In this document: in pieces, positions 27,904 to 37,887 of the stretch | How positions within the stretch are numbered: position 1 is the first letter of the stretch | Layout of the letters: the number at the start of each line of letters is the position of its first letter | Origin: an uncultured delta proteobacterium | GTDB taxonomy: Bacteria; Desulfobacterota; Binatia; UBA9968 | Assembly (NCBI GenBank): GCA_963840855.1 | Contig: CAWJBB010000021.1 | Coordinates: 64,001 to 128,000, forward strand | DNA length: 64,000 nt | Reading direction: 5' to 3' | Program-made: the position numbers and the translations under genes | The notes under the pieces: model-generated | The model's database searches: none | The model's input: the letters and a program-made list of their open reading frames with translations, nothing else | What the model was told of the DNA's origin: nothing

Positions 27904-30117
27904 TTACTGAAGCTCTTCATTGGCAGGACGCGCCGATTGAGGCATCTCGCTCATTCGGCCCCGCGCCCGCACGGCTTTAAATACGCCCTTCACCTTCGAT
28001 ATGTTCTGGAGCACGCGCTTCAGGTGCTCGGAGTTCTTAATCATGACCTCGAAGGTATTGAGCGCGCGCTGATCGGCAAAAGTCCGGATCTGCGCCCGCG
28101 CGATATTGGCCTCGGCGCTGGTGATCGCCGAGCTGATGGCCGCCAGCAGTCCAGGCTGATCGACGCAGGTCACGTCGATTTTCACCGGCCGCGGCGATTG
28201 GCCGTCTTCTTCCCAACTGACCTCGACCTTGCGGTTCGGGTCGCTTTCTAGAATCGTCGGGCAACCGACGGTGTGCACCGTAACGCCTCTGCCTCTCGTG
28301 ATGAACCCGAGAACCGGCTCTCCCGGCAATGGGTGGCAGCAAAGAGCGAAGCGGATCAGAACATCGTCGATGCCTTTGACGCGTATCCCCATGCCCCGTT
28401 TCTGATTGGAGACGAGGCGAAATAGGCTTTCGAGGGAGCCGCCCGATTTTTTGGGGCCAAGATCCAATTTATCCGGCGGCAGGAGCTTGGCCAGAACATG
28501 GCGCGTGGTGATCCGGCCGTACCCCAGTGACGAGAGCAAGGCCTCTTCGTCCTTTAAGCCCAACTCTTTAGTCAGCCCCTCGATCCTGCCGTCGCGTTGC
28601 AAGGTCGAGTAGTCCATTTGATGGCGGTGCAAGTCGCCGTCGAGAATTTCTCGGCCGATGACGACGCTGCGCTCGCGCTGCTGCGCTTTGAGCCATGCGC
28701 GGATCTTCGATTTGGCGCGCGGCGTTTTCGCCCACTTGAGCCAATCACGGTTCGGCGCCTGCTGTTCCGTGGTGATAATTTCCACGGTGTCACCGCCGCG
28801 CAAGATATATTTCAGCGACACCAACTGGCCATTGACCCGCGCCCCGGAACAACGGTGCCCCACCTCGGAGTGAATCCGGTAGGCAAAGTCGATAACCGTC
28901 GAGCCTTTGGGAAAGTTCAAAAGATCGCCCTTGGGCGTAAAAACGTACATTCCGGTGGAAAACAAGTCCTCTTTCAAACTATGGAGAAACTCCTGCGGGT
29001 CCTGCATCTGCTCCTGCCATTCGAGCAACTGGCGCAGCCAGGAGAAGCGCTGGAAGTCGCTCACCTGAAAATCTTCACCGTCCTTATAGCGCCAGTGAGC
29101 GGCGATCCCTTCCTCGGCGACGCGGTGCATTTCATTGGTGCGAATCTGGATTTCGATACGCTCGCCGTAGGGGCCGATGACGCTGGTGTGAAGCGACTGG
29201 TACATGTTGGGTTTCGGTATTGCAATGTAGTCCTTGAAACGGCCAGGCACGGGCCGCCACTGGGAATGGATGACGCCCAGCGCCTCGTAGCACTCCCGCG
29301 GCGTGTCCACCAGCACCCGAAACGCGACAAGATCGTAAATCTGGTCGTAGAGCAGGTGCTGGCTTTCCATTTTTTGATAGATGCTGTAGAAGTGCTTCGA
29401 GCGGCCGCTCACTTCCGCGTCGATGCCCTCGGTGTCGAGCTTCTTGCTGATGATCGAAATGACTTCTTCAATATATTTGTCGCGGTCGCCTTTTTTCTTG
29501 GCGACGTTGCGCTTGAGTTGGTAGTAAATTTCCGGGTGAAGATGTTTGAGCGCCAGGTCCTCTAGCTCACTCTTGATCCATGCGATGCCGAGGCGGTGGG
29601 ACAGCGGCGCGTAGATTTCCAAGGTTTCTTCCGCCGTGCGGATCTGTTTATCCAGCGGCATATGGCTCAACGTTCGCATGTTATGGACTCGGTCGGCCAG
29701 CTTGACCAGGATCACCCGGACGTCTTTACCCATCGCCAGGATCATCTTGCGGAAGTTCTCCGCTTGCTTTTCCTGGTGGCTGCTATATTCCGCATGGCCG
29801 AGTTTAGTGACGCCGTCCACCAAAGCGGCGATCTCGTCCCCGAACTGGCTGATCAGTTCGTCCAGCGTGGTAAGCGTGTCCTCCACCGTGTCGTGGAGCA
29901 GCCCGGCCACGATGCTTGGCACGTCGAGTTTGAGATCGGCGATGATGTCGGCCACTGCCAGGGGGTGAATAAGGTAGGGTTCGCCGGATAGCCGTTTTTG
30001 CCCACGGTGAACCTCGGCGGAAAACTCGTAGGCCGAGCGGATGATCCCGGCGTCCGCCGCGGGATAGTAGGACTGAACCTTTTCAATCAGATCGTTGATG
30101 CGCATGTCTTTGCTCAT
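27904..30117 (-). CDS. rel: Bifunctional (p)ppGpp synthetase/hydrolase (long RelA/SpoT homologue)
   Basis: Intact HD motif LLHDTVED, KLADRVHNMRT, RFKDY, YQSLHT, TGS domain DFAYRIHSEVG, CCHP, C-terminal ACT. Confidence 0.95.
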   Translation of the reverse strand: MSKDMRINDLIEKVQSYYPAADAGIIRSAYEFSAEVHRGQKRLSGEPYLIHPLAVADIIADLKLDVPSIVAGLLHDTVEDTLTTLDELISQFGDEIAALVDGVTKLGHAEYSSHQEKQAENFRKMILAMGKDVRVILVKLADRVHNMRTLSHMPLDKQIRTAEETLEIYAPLSHRLGIAWIKSELEDLALKHLHPEIYYQLKRNVAKKKGDRDKYIEEVISIISKKLDTEGIDAEVSGRSKHFYSIYQKMESQHLLYDQIYDLVAFRVLVDTPRECYEALGVIHSQWRPVPGRFKDYIAIPKPNMYQSLHTSVIGPYGERIEIQIRTNEMHRVAEEGIAAHWRYKDGEDFQVSDFQRFSWLRQLLEWQEQMQDPQEFLHSLKEDLFSTGMYVFTPKGDLLNFPKGSTVIDFAYRIHSEVGHRCSGARVNGQLVSLKYILRGGDTVEIITTEQQAPNRDWLKWAKTPRAKSKIRAWLKAQQRERSVVIGREILDGDLHRHQMDYSTLQRDGRIEGLTKELGLKDEEALLSSLGYGRITTRHVLAKLLPPDKLDLGPKKSGGSLESLFRLVSNQKRGMGIRVKGIDDVLIRFALCCHPLPGEPVLGFITRGRGVTVHTVGCPTILESDPNRKVEVSWEEDGQSPRPVKIDVTCVDQPGLLAAISSAITSAEANIARAQIRTFADQRALNTFEVMIKNSEHLKRVLQNISKVKGVFKAVRARGRMSEMPQSARPANEELQ

Positions 30118-30746
30118 GGCCGTTTACGCCGAGACAACGGCTCTAGTCGCCACTCGCTGACCCGCGCGGTCCTCGCTCGCTCGGCTTGAACGATGGATTG
30201 CAACGCCTCCACCGCCGCGGCGACGTCGCGGTTCACGATATAATAATCATACTGGATAACGCGTTGAATTTCATCCTGGGCATTGGCCAGCCGCCGCCGG
30301 ATCACCGCGGCGTGGTCGGTCCCTCTGAGTTTCAGCCTGCGCTCCAGTTCGGACCTCGAAGGGGGCAATAGAAATACCGAAACCGCGTCGGGGTACGCGC
30401 CCTTGATCTTTTTTGCCCCCTGGACGTCGATATCGAGGAGAATGTCTTGCCCGGCGCTGAGACAGCGGTCCAGCGGTTTTCGCGGAGTGCCATAAAGAAA
30501 ACCATGAACTTCCGCCCACTCGGCGAATTCACCGCGGGCCCGCATCGCGACAAACCGGTCTTTGCTGACAAAGCGGTAATGGCGGCCGTTGACCTCGCCG
30601 CGGCGCCGCGCCCGGGTCGTGCAGGAGACCGAGAGTTTGATATCCGGGTAGCGCCCGCGCAGCCCTTTGGTCAAAGTGGTCTTGCCTGCTCCCGACGGTG
30701 CCGAGAGGATAAAGATAATTCCCCGGCGCTTGGCCAAACGCGTCAT
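30114..30746 (-). CDS. gmk: Guanylate kinase
   Basis: SAPSGAGKTT, SVSCTTR, EWAEVHGFLYGT, LDIDVQG. Confidence 0.97.
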   Translation of the reverse strand: MTRLAKRRGIIFILSAPSGAGKTTLTKGLRGRYPDIKLSVSCTTRARRRGEVNGRHYRFVSKDRFVAMRARGEFAEWAEVHGFLYGTPRKPLDRCLSAGQDILLDIDVQGAKKIKGAYPDAVSVFLLPPSRSELERRLKLRGTDHAAVIRRRLANAQDEIQRVIQYDYYIVNRDVAAAVEALQSIVQAERARTARVSEWRLEPLSRRKRP

Positions 30747-31606
30747 TCGATATTCTGGGTTTGTTCGCGGATCTTCTCCACGCGTTCCTTGCCCGCCAAG
30801 ACCAACTGCACAACGTCGAGCTGGGGCACTTTAGAGCTGATGGTATTCAATTCGCGCTGGATTTCTTGAAGCATGAAGTCAATCTTTTTCCCCACCGATC
30901 CCGCGTCGTGCAGAGCGCCGGCTAACGCCGCCACGTGGGTTTTCAAGCGCACCACCTCTTCATTGATATCCCCTTTAAACGCCCAGGCCGGCGCTTCTCC
31001 GTCTGAATCGCCGCGCGGCGCACCGTTGCTTTCCTTTATTGCGCTGGCAGACTTAATCAGCCGGGTGCCGATCGCCCCCGCGCGCGCTTCGATCTCGGCG
31101 CTGACCTGTTTTAGAAAAGCAACCTGGGACAGCATATCGGCCGCCAGCTGACGGCCTTCGCGCTGGCGTGATTGATCGAGTTTGCGCAGCGCCGATTTAA
31201 GCGCTTGTAACAACGCTGCTCTTTCCGCTTTGGCGTCGACCTCATTATCGCGCACGCGAAAGAGGTCCGGACCGCTAGTCAGTAGCGCCACATCAAGATC
31301 ACCGGCAAGGCGAAACTTCTTCTTTGCCGCCTTGATCGACCCCAGGTACTGCCGCAACAATGCTTCGTCCAGCTCCAACGTGCGCTCCGTGCCCTTGGCG
31401 GCAAAGCGATTGACAAACAGATCGACGCGACCGCGCGTGATGCGCTCGCGCAGTTGCTTGCGAATCTCTTCTTCGAACCCCAGATATTCCCGCGGCACGC
31501 GCACCTGCAAATCCAAGTGCCTGTGATTCAGGCTGCGCACTTGAATGGAAATCTTCGTGCCGCGGACCTGCTGGACCGCCTCGCCGTATCCGGTCATGCT
31601 TCTCAT
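30743..31606 (-). CDS. yicC: YicC/YloC family endoribonuclease
   Basis: MRSMTGYG, SLNHRHL, DINEEVVRL, GKKIDFMLQEIQRELNTISSK, REQTQNIE. Confidence 0.93.
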   Translation of the reverse strand: MRSMTGYGEAVQQVRGTKISIQVRSLNHRHLDLQVRVPREYLGFEEEIRKQLRERITRGRVDLFVNRFAAKGTERTLELDEALLRQYLGSIKAAKKKFRLAGDLDVALLTSGPDLFRVRDNEVDAKAERAALLQALKSALRKLDQSRQREGRQLAADMLSQVAFLKQVSAEIEARAGAIGTRLIKSASAIKESNGAPRGDSDGEAPAWAFKGDINEEVVRLKTHVAALAGALHDAGSVGKKIDFMLQEIQRELNTISSKVPQLDVVQLVLAGKERVEKIREQTQNIE

Positions 31607-31697
31607 AGCTGTTTTTCCTTAAGGAGCTGTCTGAGTTTTTGCTGCGCCACAGCTCCATGACGTCCAATAATGACCTGATTGCCGCCATCAGTGAAAG

Positions 31698-32801
31698 TCA
31701 TCCTCGATCTTCGAGCAGTTCGTAATAGTAAACTTCATTACCAGCCGCCATCCGTTCCACAGTGAAATGCTTGCGCACATGCGCCGCGGCCGACCGTCCC
31801 ATGGCTCGCGCCCGGCTCGGATCGGCGATCAATTTGGCGATGGCGTCACTGAGCGCCTTGCTGTCCCGCGGCGGAACCAGGAAACCCGTAAGGCCATCGG
31901 TAATCACGTCGGTTAGACCTCCGACACGGCTGGCCACAACCGCTTTCCCCGCCGCCATCGCTTCGAGCGCCGCGACGCCGAGCCCCTCGTACAATGAAGG
32001 GAGCACGAAGATATCGACACCGGCCAAAAATGCCGGCGTATCGGCGACGAACCCCAAGAATTTTACCTCCTCCGTAAGACCCAACCGCGCCGTCATCTCC
32101 TCCAACCCTTTGCGCGCCGAACCCGCTCCGGCCAGTAGACAAACCGGCTTCACGCCGCGAACTTTCAGCTCAGCCACCGCTTCCAACAGAAACCGGTGCC
32201 CTTTGCGCTCCTGTAAGACCGCTACCGCGCCGATGGTCAAAACCCGCTCCACGCCCGCATTATCACCGCCGGGGGCGAATCGAGCGACATCGATACCGCT
32301 GCGAATGAGCCGAATCCTACTGGCCTCGACGCCGGCGTCCACGAGCAGTTCGACGATGGGCTGTGAGATCGCCACAACCCCATCGACGCAACGGTTGTAC
32401 AGATAGCGGGTATGACAATTGTTTTTTTCCGGGTAATCCATGCGCCGGGTGACGAGGTATCTCGGCGCGCCCGGGCCGTGGGGAAACCAAGCCGACAGCG
32501 CGTGGGCCCGTTTCGTATGCAGATGAACGATATCGTAGCCTTCACGGCGAATCAGGCGGCGCAGCCGCCAAACCGGCCGCAAATCAATGTCGTTGCGCGC
32601 TACCAACGGCAGCGTTTTGATACCTAATCCTTGGCTACGCTCCCACAGTTTGCCGTTCGGATAAGTGAGCAGATCGTTGCGGTGGCCCTTGGCGGCGAGA
32701 TAACTCAGAAGCCCAAGCACCTGCGCCTCCCCGCCGCCCCAATCGCGCTCAGGATCGATGTGCAGGATCTTAAGCAGGCGGTTATGGCCGCTTGCGCCCA
32801 A
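31698..32801 (-). CDS. Glycosyltransferase family 4
   Basis: WGGGEAQ, RKGH, PSLYEGLGVAALEAMA. Confidence 0.9.
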   Translation of the reverse strand: MGASGHNRLLKILHIDPERDWGGGEAQVLGLLSYLAAKGHRNDLLTYPNGKLWERSQGLGIKTLPLVARNDIDLRPVWRLRRLIRREGYDIVHLHTKRAHALSAWFPHGPGAPRYLVTRRMDYPEKNNCHTRYLYNRCVDGVVAISQPIVELLVDAGVEASRIRLIRSGIDVARFAPGGDNAGVERVLTIGAVAVLQERKGHRFLLEAVAELKVRGVKPVCLLAGAGSARKGLEEMTARLGLTEEVKFLGFVADTPAFLAGVDIFVLPSLYEGLGVAALEAMAAGKAVVASRVGGLTDVITDGLTGFLVPPRDSKALSDAIAKLIADPSRARAMGRSAAAHVRKHFTVERMAAGNEVYYYELLEDRG

Positions 32802-33591
32802 CGTCGTCCTCGTCGTCCAGCTCTAGTTCCCAAAGCTTAGCATACTTGAGAAAAACATAAACCGCCGCCACCACCGCAACGTAAAAACCAGCGAAGCCTT
32901 CCATGAAGCCGCGCTGCAAAATATAAGAGCGAATAAAGCGCGCGGGCGGGCGCAACAACGCATCGCTGAGACGCCAACGGCCTCCCTCCTTTTTAAGCTC
33001 GCGCGACGAGATCGAGGTAAACCGATTGATTCGGTGAACATGATCTTCGATGTCGCGGTAGGAATAATGATGCAGGCAATGTTTGAGGCGACGCACTTTG
33101 CCATCGACCAGAATTTTTTCATGCGGGTCCGAGCCGCCCCACGTCGCCCTTTCGCGCCGAAACAACCGGATATCGTAGTCAGGATACCAGCCGCCGCGCC
33201 ACCACCACCGGCCCAAGTAATTCACCAGCCGCGGCACCGCATACCCGGCGCAGGCGCCACCGTCGCTGGCCAACGCGTCTTGAATTTCATCGCGCAACTC
33301 CGGCGTCACGCGCTCATCCGAGTCAACGAGCAAGACCCAATCCATCGTCGCCTGGGAATGAGCGAAGGCCTTTTGATCGCGGTAACCGACCCATTCGCGC
33401 TGAATAAATTTGTCCGTGTACCCGCGGCAGATTTCCGCGGTTCGATCCGTACTGAAAGAATCGATGACGATGATTTCATCGCACCAGCGTAGACTTTTCA
33501 GGCAGTCTTCGATCTGCTCTTCCTCGTTAAAACAAACAACGATCGCGGAAATTCCGGGGCGAGGGTTGGTATTCATGCTGGCGGTGGACAT
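32782..33591 (-). CDS. Glycosyltransferase family 2 (WaaE/KdtX-like LPS core glucosyltransferase)
   Basis: SAIVVCFNEE, DSFSTDRT, VDSDE, GWYPDY, LKYAKLWE. Start is ATG 33591 or 33576. Confidence 0.88.
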   Translation of the reverse strand: MSTASMNTNPRPGISAIVVCFNEEEQIEDCLKSLRWCDEIIVIDSFSTDRTAEICRGYTDKFIQREWVGYRDQKAFAHSQATMDWVLLVDSDERVTPELRDEIQDALASDGGACAGYAVPRLVNYLGRWWWRGGWYPDYDIRLFRRERATWGGSDPHEKILVDGKVRRLKHCLHHYSYRDIEDHVHRINRFTSISSRELKKEGGRWRLSDALLRPPARFIRSYILQRGFMEGFAGFYVAVVAAVYVFLKYAKLWELELDDEDDVGRKRP

Positions 33592-33652
33592 GTCAATAAA
33601 CGAAGCCACTTCGAAGGCGGGATTTTGACCTCGCCCTTGACCAAAGGGGATG
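33592..33652. repeat. Structured dispersed repeat, short copy
   Basis: 55/61 nt identical to 46152-46212 in direct orientation, by hand alignment. Confidence 0.9.
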
Positions 33653-33769
33653 AATCGGTGATGGTGAGCAGGCCGCCGCTTTCAAACTGCCTTTTAAATA
33701 GCGGTATCACACCAACACATGTTTTCCGGCAAACAGCTTTTCCCCGAATTTAGTCACACTATTAATTCA

Positions 33770-34663
33770 TCACCCCCATTTCATTTGATACAAGCGATAC
33801 TTGGGATAAAAAGGCCGCAGCCGGATAGCTTCCCTTAAAGCCTCTCGAGACTTGTCTCTCTCGCCCGTTTTCCATCGACCTTTTGCCAGCCGGTAATACC
33901 GGTACGCCAATCGCGCAGCGACGCGCCGCTTGCCCAGCAACTCTTCGGCCTCGCCGTTTTGATCGAGCAGCCTCTCAATGACGCGAATGTTTTCCAAGAG
34001 CCGGAGTTCCTGGTTGCCGCTAATATTACCCGAGTGCCTGCGGTAAGAAAAAACCACTTCGTCGAGATATGCAACCGGATACCGGGAAATAAGCCGAAAC
34101 GTCAAATCCAAATCCATCGAAATCCGCAAACTCTCGTCATGACCCCCAACATCGTTGTAGCAGCGTTTCGAGATCAGCGCGGCCTGCAATCGTACGATGC
34201 TCTTGTCGAAAAGGTCTTCCAGCCGAACCCCTTGCTCCGCCAACCGGCGCGACTTGGCCGCGGGTATGATAGTTTCCCGGTCATGCGCCGGGCCGCCCAA
34301 ATAGGAGCCGTTGGCAAAGACCATCCCCGATTCTGGATGCTTGTTGGCGTAGCCGTACAACGTTTCGAGGTGGTTTGGCAGGCACAGATCATCGGAGTCC
34401 TGAATCGAAATCCAACGGCCGCTTGCATTGCGCACGCCTAAATTGCGCGCCGCGGAAGGACCTCGGTTTTCCTGGTAAAGGTACCGGACGCGGGAGCCAT
34501 AAGGCGCCACGACCCGCCGAGTCTCGTCGGTCGAACCGTCGTCAACCACGATGAGTTCGAATTTCTGGAAACTCTGGCTGAGAACGCTATCTATTGTCTC
34601 GGCGAGATAATTAGCACGATTATAGGTAGCGATGACAACCGATACCGCTGGTGCACTAGACAC
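33770..34663 (-). CDS. Glycosyltransferase family 2
   Basis: VSVVIATYN, VVDDGSTD, ARNLG, QDSDD. Confidence 0.9.
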   Translation of the reverse strand: MSSAPAVSVVIATYNRANYLAETIDSVLSQSFQKFELIVVDDGSTDETRRVVAPYGSRVRYLYQENRGPSAARNLGVRNASGRWISIQDSDDLCLPNHLETLYGYANKHPESGMVFANGSYLGGPAHDRETIIPAAKSRRLAEQGVRLEDLFDKSIVRLQAALISKRCYNDVGGHDESLRISMDLDLTFRLISRYPVAYLDEVVFSYRRHSGNISGNQELRLLENIRVIERLLDQNGEAEELLGKRRVAARLAYRYYRLAKGRWKTGERDKSREALREAIRLRPFYPKYRLYQMKWG

Positions 34664-34680
34664 AGGTTAATTTCCTAGAC

Positions 34681-35586
34681 TCAAACCGTCGGGTTTGACT
34701 TGGGTCGCCGCTGAATTTTCCCCATCAAGTAGCCCCAAGATTTCATTATTCGGCCTTCGGTCTTGTAGGCCTTCTGCGTTAGCCTGAGCATCTTATAAAT
34801 GCAATAGCGAAAGCAATTGGCCAGCAAATCCGGCATCACCCGAAACAAGATCGAATCTTGCCGGTAGATACTTCGACTGACTCCCTTTTTATACTCCACG
34901 TCACGGTTGTACGCGCTACCGTAACGTCGAGGATCAAGTTCATGGTAAACAACCGCATGGGGCGTGTAGCCGATTTTAAATCCGGCGTTGCGAATTCGCA
35001 TCGAGTATTCGGTATCCTCACTGAAGCCCGCGACGCCTGGTCCGAGCCGCGGGTCAAAAAACCCGACCTTCTCGAAAACTTCGCGCTTGAACGACATATT
35101 GGTCCCGGTCAAGCCGCGAATCTCGCAGATATCGTCGCCATAATCGATGATAGGAATATTATATTCCCGCAACCGCTTTGGATCGGCGAGTTTGCCTTCG
35201 GAATCCACACCCGGCAAGACACGTCCCTGAAGTGCATCGAACGGCCCCCCACAGTAACCATCAAGATGTCGAACAACGAGTTCGGGGTCAACGACGACAT
35301 CGTCATCGAGAACGAGAAAAAAATCACCCTTTGTGGCGGCAAGTCCTCGGTTGAGAGCGCTAGCTTTGCCTTTACGTTGCTCCGTAAGTACCGTAAAACA
35401 AACGTTGCACGGTCGAGTGCCCGTCTCTGCTAGCAATGCCGCCGTCCCGTCCACCGAGCCATTGTCGATCACAATCACTTCCACCTGAGCCGCGTGAGGA
35501 ATTGCCATTCGACCGATGCTTGCCAAAAGCCGGCGCAGGCTTTCGCTTCGATTGCACGTGGGAATAACAAGGCTAAAAGTCACCAT
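34681..35586 (-). CDS. Glycosyltransferase family 2
   Basis: SLVIPTCNR, IDNGSVD, LDDD, GTNMSF, EDTE. Start reset to ATG 35586. Confidence 0.88.
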   Translation of the reverse strand: MVTFSLVIPTCNRSESLRRLLASIGRMAIPHAAQVEVIVIDNGSVDGTAALLAETGTRPCNVCFTVLTEQRKGKASALNRGLAATKGDFFLVLDDDVVVDPELVVRHLDGYCGGPFDALQGRVLPGVDSEGKLADPKRLREYNIPIIDYGDDICEIRGLTGTNMSFKREVFEKVGFFDPRLGPGVAGFSEDTEYSMRIRNAGFKIGYTPHAVVYHELDPRRYGSAYNRDVEYKKGVSRSIYRQDSILFRVMPDLLANCFRYCIYKMLRLTQKAYKTEGRIMKSWGYLMGKIQRRPKSNPTV

Positions 35587-35924
35587 TTCAAACGCAGCGC
35601 CGATCAGAATAGAGATCGTCCGTTCACTCTTTTTCCGCCACCACAAGAAGGCCGGGCACAAAATCCAGATTTAGAAGCCTGAGCACCTCGCGATATCGCC
35701 AATACCGCAGCCTCATTTAGACCCGCCCGGCAAACAATAGGTGCTCACCGCCCGTTTTGATCCGAGTTCACCTCGTAGCACATGAGCTGCGAATCGTTTC
35801 GACAACAAGTCACCTCCGGGTGAAATAGGTTTCTTCCGCCCCGCGGCAATTGATGTTACAGAGGAATTTACACAGACAAATAGAACCGAAAAGTTATGCT
35901 TATTGGAAGAGAGCAGATGAGATA

Positions 35925-36041
35925 CTAGTATTTGTCGATGGTGGTCGCCAGCACGGCGCCGCCATGTTCCCGATACCACGCTGGATAATCGGTGCCGCCG
36001 CCGAAGAAAGAGATTCGAAAGGGAGTTCTGCTAATAATCAC
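35925..36041 (-). pseudogene. Truncated GHMP kinase, HddA-like heptose-7-phosphate kinase N-terminus
   Basis: Hand translation from GTG 36041: [42 protein letters not shown]; the rest of the gene is missing. Confidence 0.8.
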
Positions 36042-36092
36042 TGCCTGATCATTCCGGCGCCTGACCTGAATTGTCTTTCGAATACGGATTCG

Positions 36093-36872
36093 TTATCTCG
36101 CTAGTCCCGCGAAAAAGGACCCGGCGCCGGCGAAGGCGTCAGGCGTACCAATATCCATAAATCGCGACTCGGTTTCAAACCCATACAGCCCGCGCCCTAC
36201 CCATCGCGGGAAAACTTCGCGTTCCAATGAAACAAATGTACCCCCCGGAATGCTGGCGATGAGATTTCGGGACATGAGATAAATCCCGGCGCTGACAAGC
36301 CCGGATCCCGCGGACGTACCCTTTTCGTGAAACGCCGTCACCACGCCATTTTCTGCCACCTGCACCTGGCCGAAGCGTTGCGCATCCTCGGCTTTAGTGA
36401 GCAGCAAACTCATCACCGCCTCATGACGCCAATGCCATTGCCAAAAACTCCCAAACTCCGCGTCGCAGTACGAGTCGCCGTTCATCACTAGCACGGGATC
36501 GGATCGAAACAAGGGCAGCGCCATCCTCAGGGCGCCGGCCGTGCCAAGGGGAAACGTTTCAACGGAGTAAGTGATCCCCAGTCCTCGGTACTGATCCCCC
36601 AACGTATCACGAACTTGATGACTTCGGTATCCAGTGCATAAAACAACCTCGCCGATGTTTACTGTGATGAGTTGATCCAGGAGATAGGTCAAAAACGGCC
36701 GTCCAGCAATCTCAGCCAGCACTTTCGGTCGATCTTGAACCACCGAACGAAGCCGAGTTCCCAAGCCTCCGGCGAGGATGACGGCGTTGAGTCCAGCGAG
36801 CCTCCTTGCCTGCCCCCCAACTCCCGATCCGGCGTTCAAACTTCCACCCGGCTTTGCATCACTGCGGCTCAA
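36093..36872 (-). CDS. Nucleotidyltransferase, HddC-like heptose-1-phosphate guanylyltransferase
   Basis: VILAGGLGTRL, PK, PLGTAGAL, MNGDS, FMDIGTP; adjacent to the hddA-like remnant. Confidence 0.82.
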   Translation of the reverse strand: MSRSDAKPGGSLNAGSGVGGQARRLAGLNAVILAGGLGTRLRSVVQDRPKVLAEIAGRPFLTYLLDQLITVNIGEVVLCTGYRSHQVRDTLGDQYRGLGITYSVETFPLGTAGALRMALPLFRSDPVLVMNGDSYCDAEFGSFWQWHWRHEAVMSLLLTKAEDAQRFGQVQVAENGVVTAFHEKGTSAGSGLVSAGIYLMSRNLIASIPGGTFVSLEREVFPRWVGRGLYGFETESRFMDIGTPDAFAGAGSFFAGLAR

Positions 36873-37807
36873 GCGTTCTCAAACCTCCCGCGCCCCATCA
36901 TGCGGTAGCCTTTTAACAACTCCTGAATGCCAGACGCCAGGGATCGCTGCGCCTCGAATCCAGCCTCGCGTAACCTTTGATTGGAAACGATATAGTTGCG
37001 CTTATCGGGATCTGAACCGATTTGCGCATAATGGAGATAAAAGTTAGGGACGAATTCTTTGATTTTCAATGCCAACTCTTCTTTGGACAGATTGGCGGCG
37101 TCCAAACCCGCGTTATAAGCACGGCCAGCCATTTGCTTCGCATTCCCGATGCAATGAAAAAAACAATCGGCTACGTCCCGAATATGGATATAGTTGCGCT
37201 TGAAGTCCTTTTCAAAAATCACAAGATATCCATCCGTCGCCGCCGCATAAACGAAATGGTTAACCAAAAGATCGAGACGCATCCGCGGCGACATGCCGAA
37301 CACGGTCGCTAAGCGCAGGCTCACGACGTTTCGACTCTGCAGCAGCTCCGTTTCAGCTTGGGATTTTGTTTGCCCATAAAGCGAAATAGGCTTCAGAGGC
37401 GTCTCTTCAGTACAAAAAACGTCGCCCGATTGGGTTCCGTAACCGCTGTTTGTGGTTGGGTAGATAACTAGCTGGTCATAACTTCTCAATCTATTGACGA
37501 GACGAACGGCTTCCAGATTGACCGTCCGCGCCAACACTGGATCCCGATCGCATGCCGGCGCGCCGACCACCGCGGCAAGCGGCATGACGATGTCCGCTTG
37601 TTTAATTTCGCGCCGCATCAACTCCTCGTTGCGTGCATCTCCCCAGACAAACTCGAATTTTGGATTAGCGCAGAGATGAAACAAACCACGCTGTTGGTAC
37701 ATCAGGTTATCGACCGCCGTGACGGAAAAACCAGCGTCCAGAAGCCGTCCGCACAAGATTGAACCGATATAACCGGCGCCGCCCGTGATAAGAATATGTG
37801 GTTCCAT
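36869..37807 (-). CDS. NAD-dependent nucleotide-sugar epimerase/dehydratase
   Basis: TGGAGYIG, YGQTK, RLATVFGMSPRMRLDL. Confidence 0.88.
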   Translation of the reverse strand: MEPHILITGGAGYIGSILCGRLLDAGFSVTAVDNLMYQQRGLFHLCANPKFEFVWGDARNEELMRREIKQADIVMPLAAVVGAPACDRDPVLARTVNLEAVRLVNRLRSYDQLVIYPTTNSGYGTQSGDVFCTEETPLKPISLYGQTKSQAETELLQSRNVVSLRLATVFGMSPRMRLDLLVNHFVYAAATDGYLVIFEKDFKRNYIHIRDVADCFFHCIGNAKQMAGRAYNAGLDAANLSKEELALKIKEFVPNFYLHYAQIGSDPDKRNYIVSNQRLREAGFEAQRSLASGIQELLKGYRMMGRGRFENA

Positions 37808-37887
37808 GTTTCTACGTGATCAACCTTAAATGGCGTTCGATATTTGTTTTCCCAACCCTGTCGCCCATAGTTGGTCCCGCGGCCAGT

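Noticed and set aside
33560-33600. Outward promoter made by the repeat end (TTGACA at the junction)
   Set aside because: No plausible -10 hexamer 16-18 nt downstream in either copy.
35925-35927. Pyrrolysine or readthrough at the hddA-like TAG
   Set aside because: Similarity ends within a few codons, another stop follows soon after, and there is no room for the rest of the kinase.
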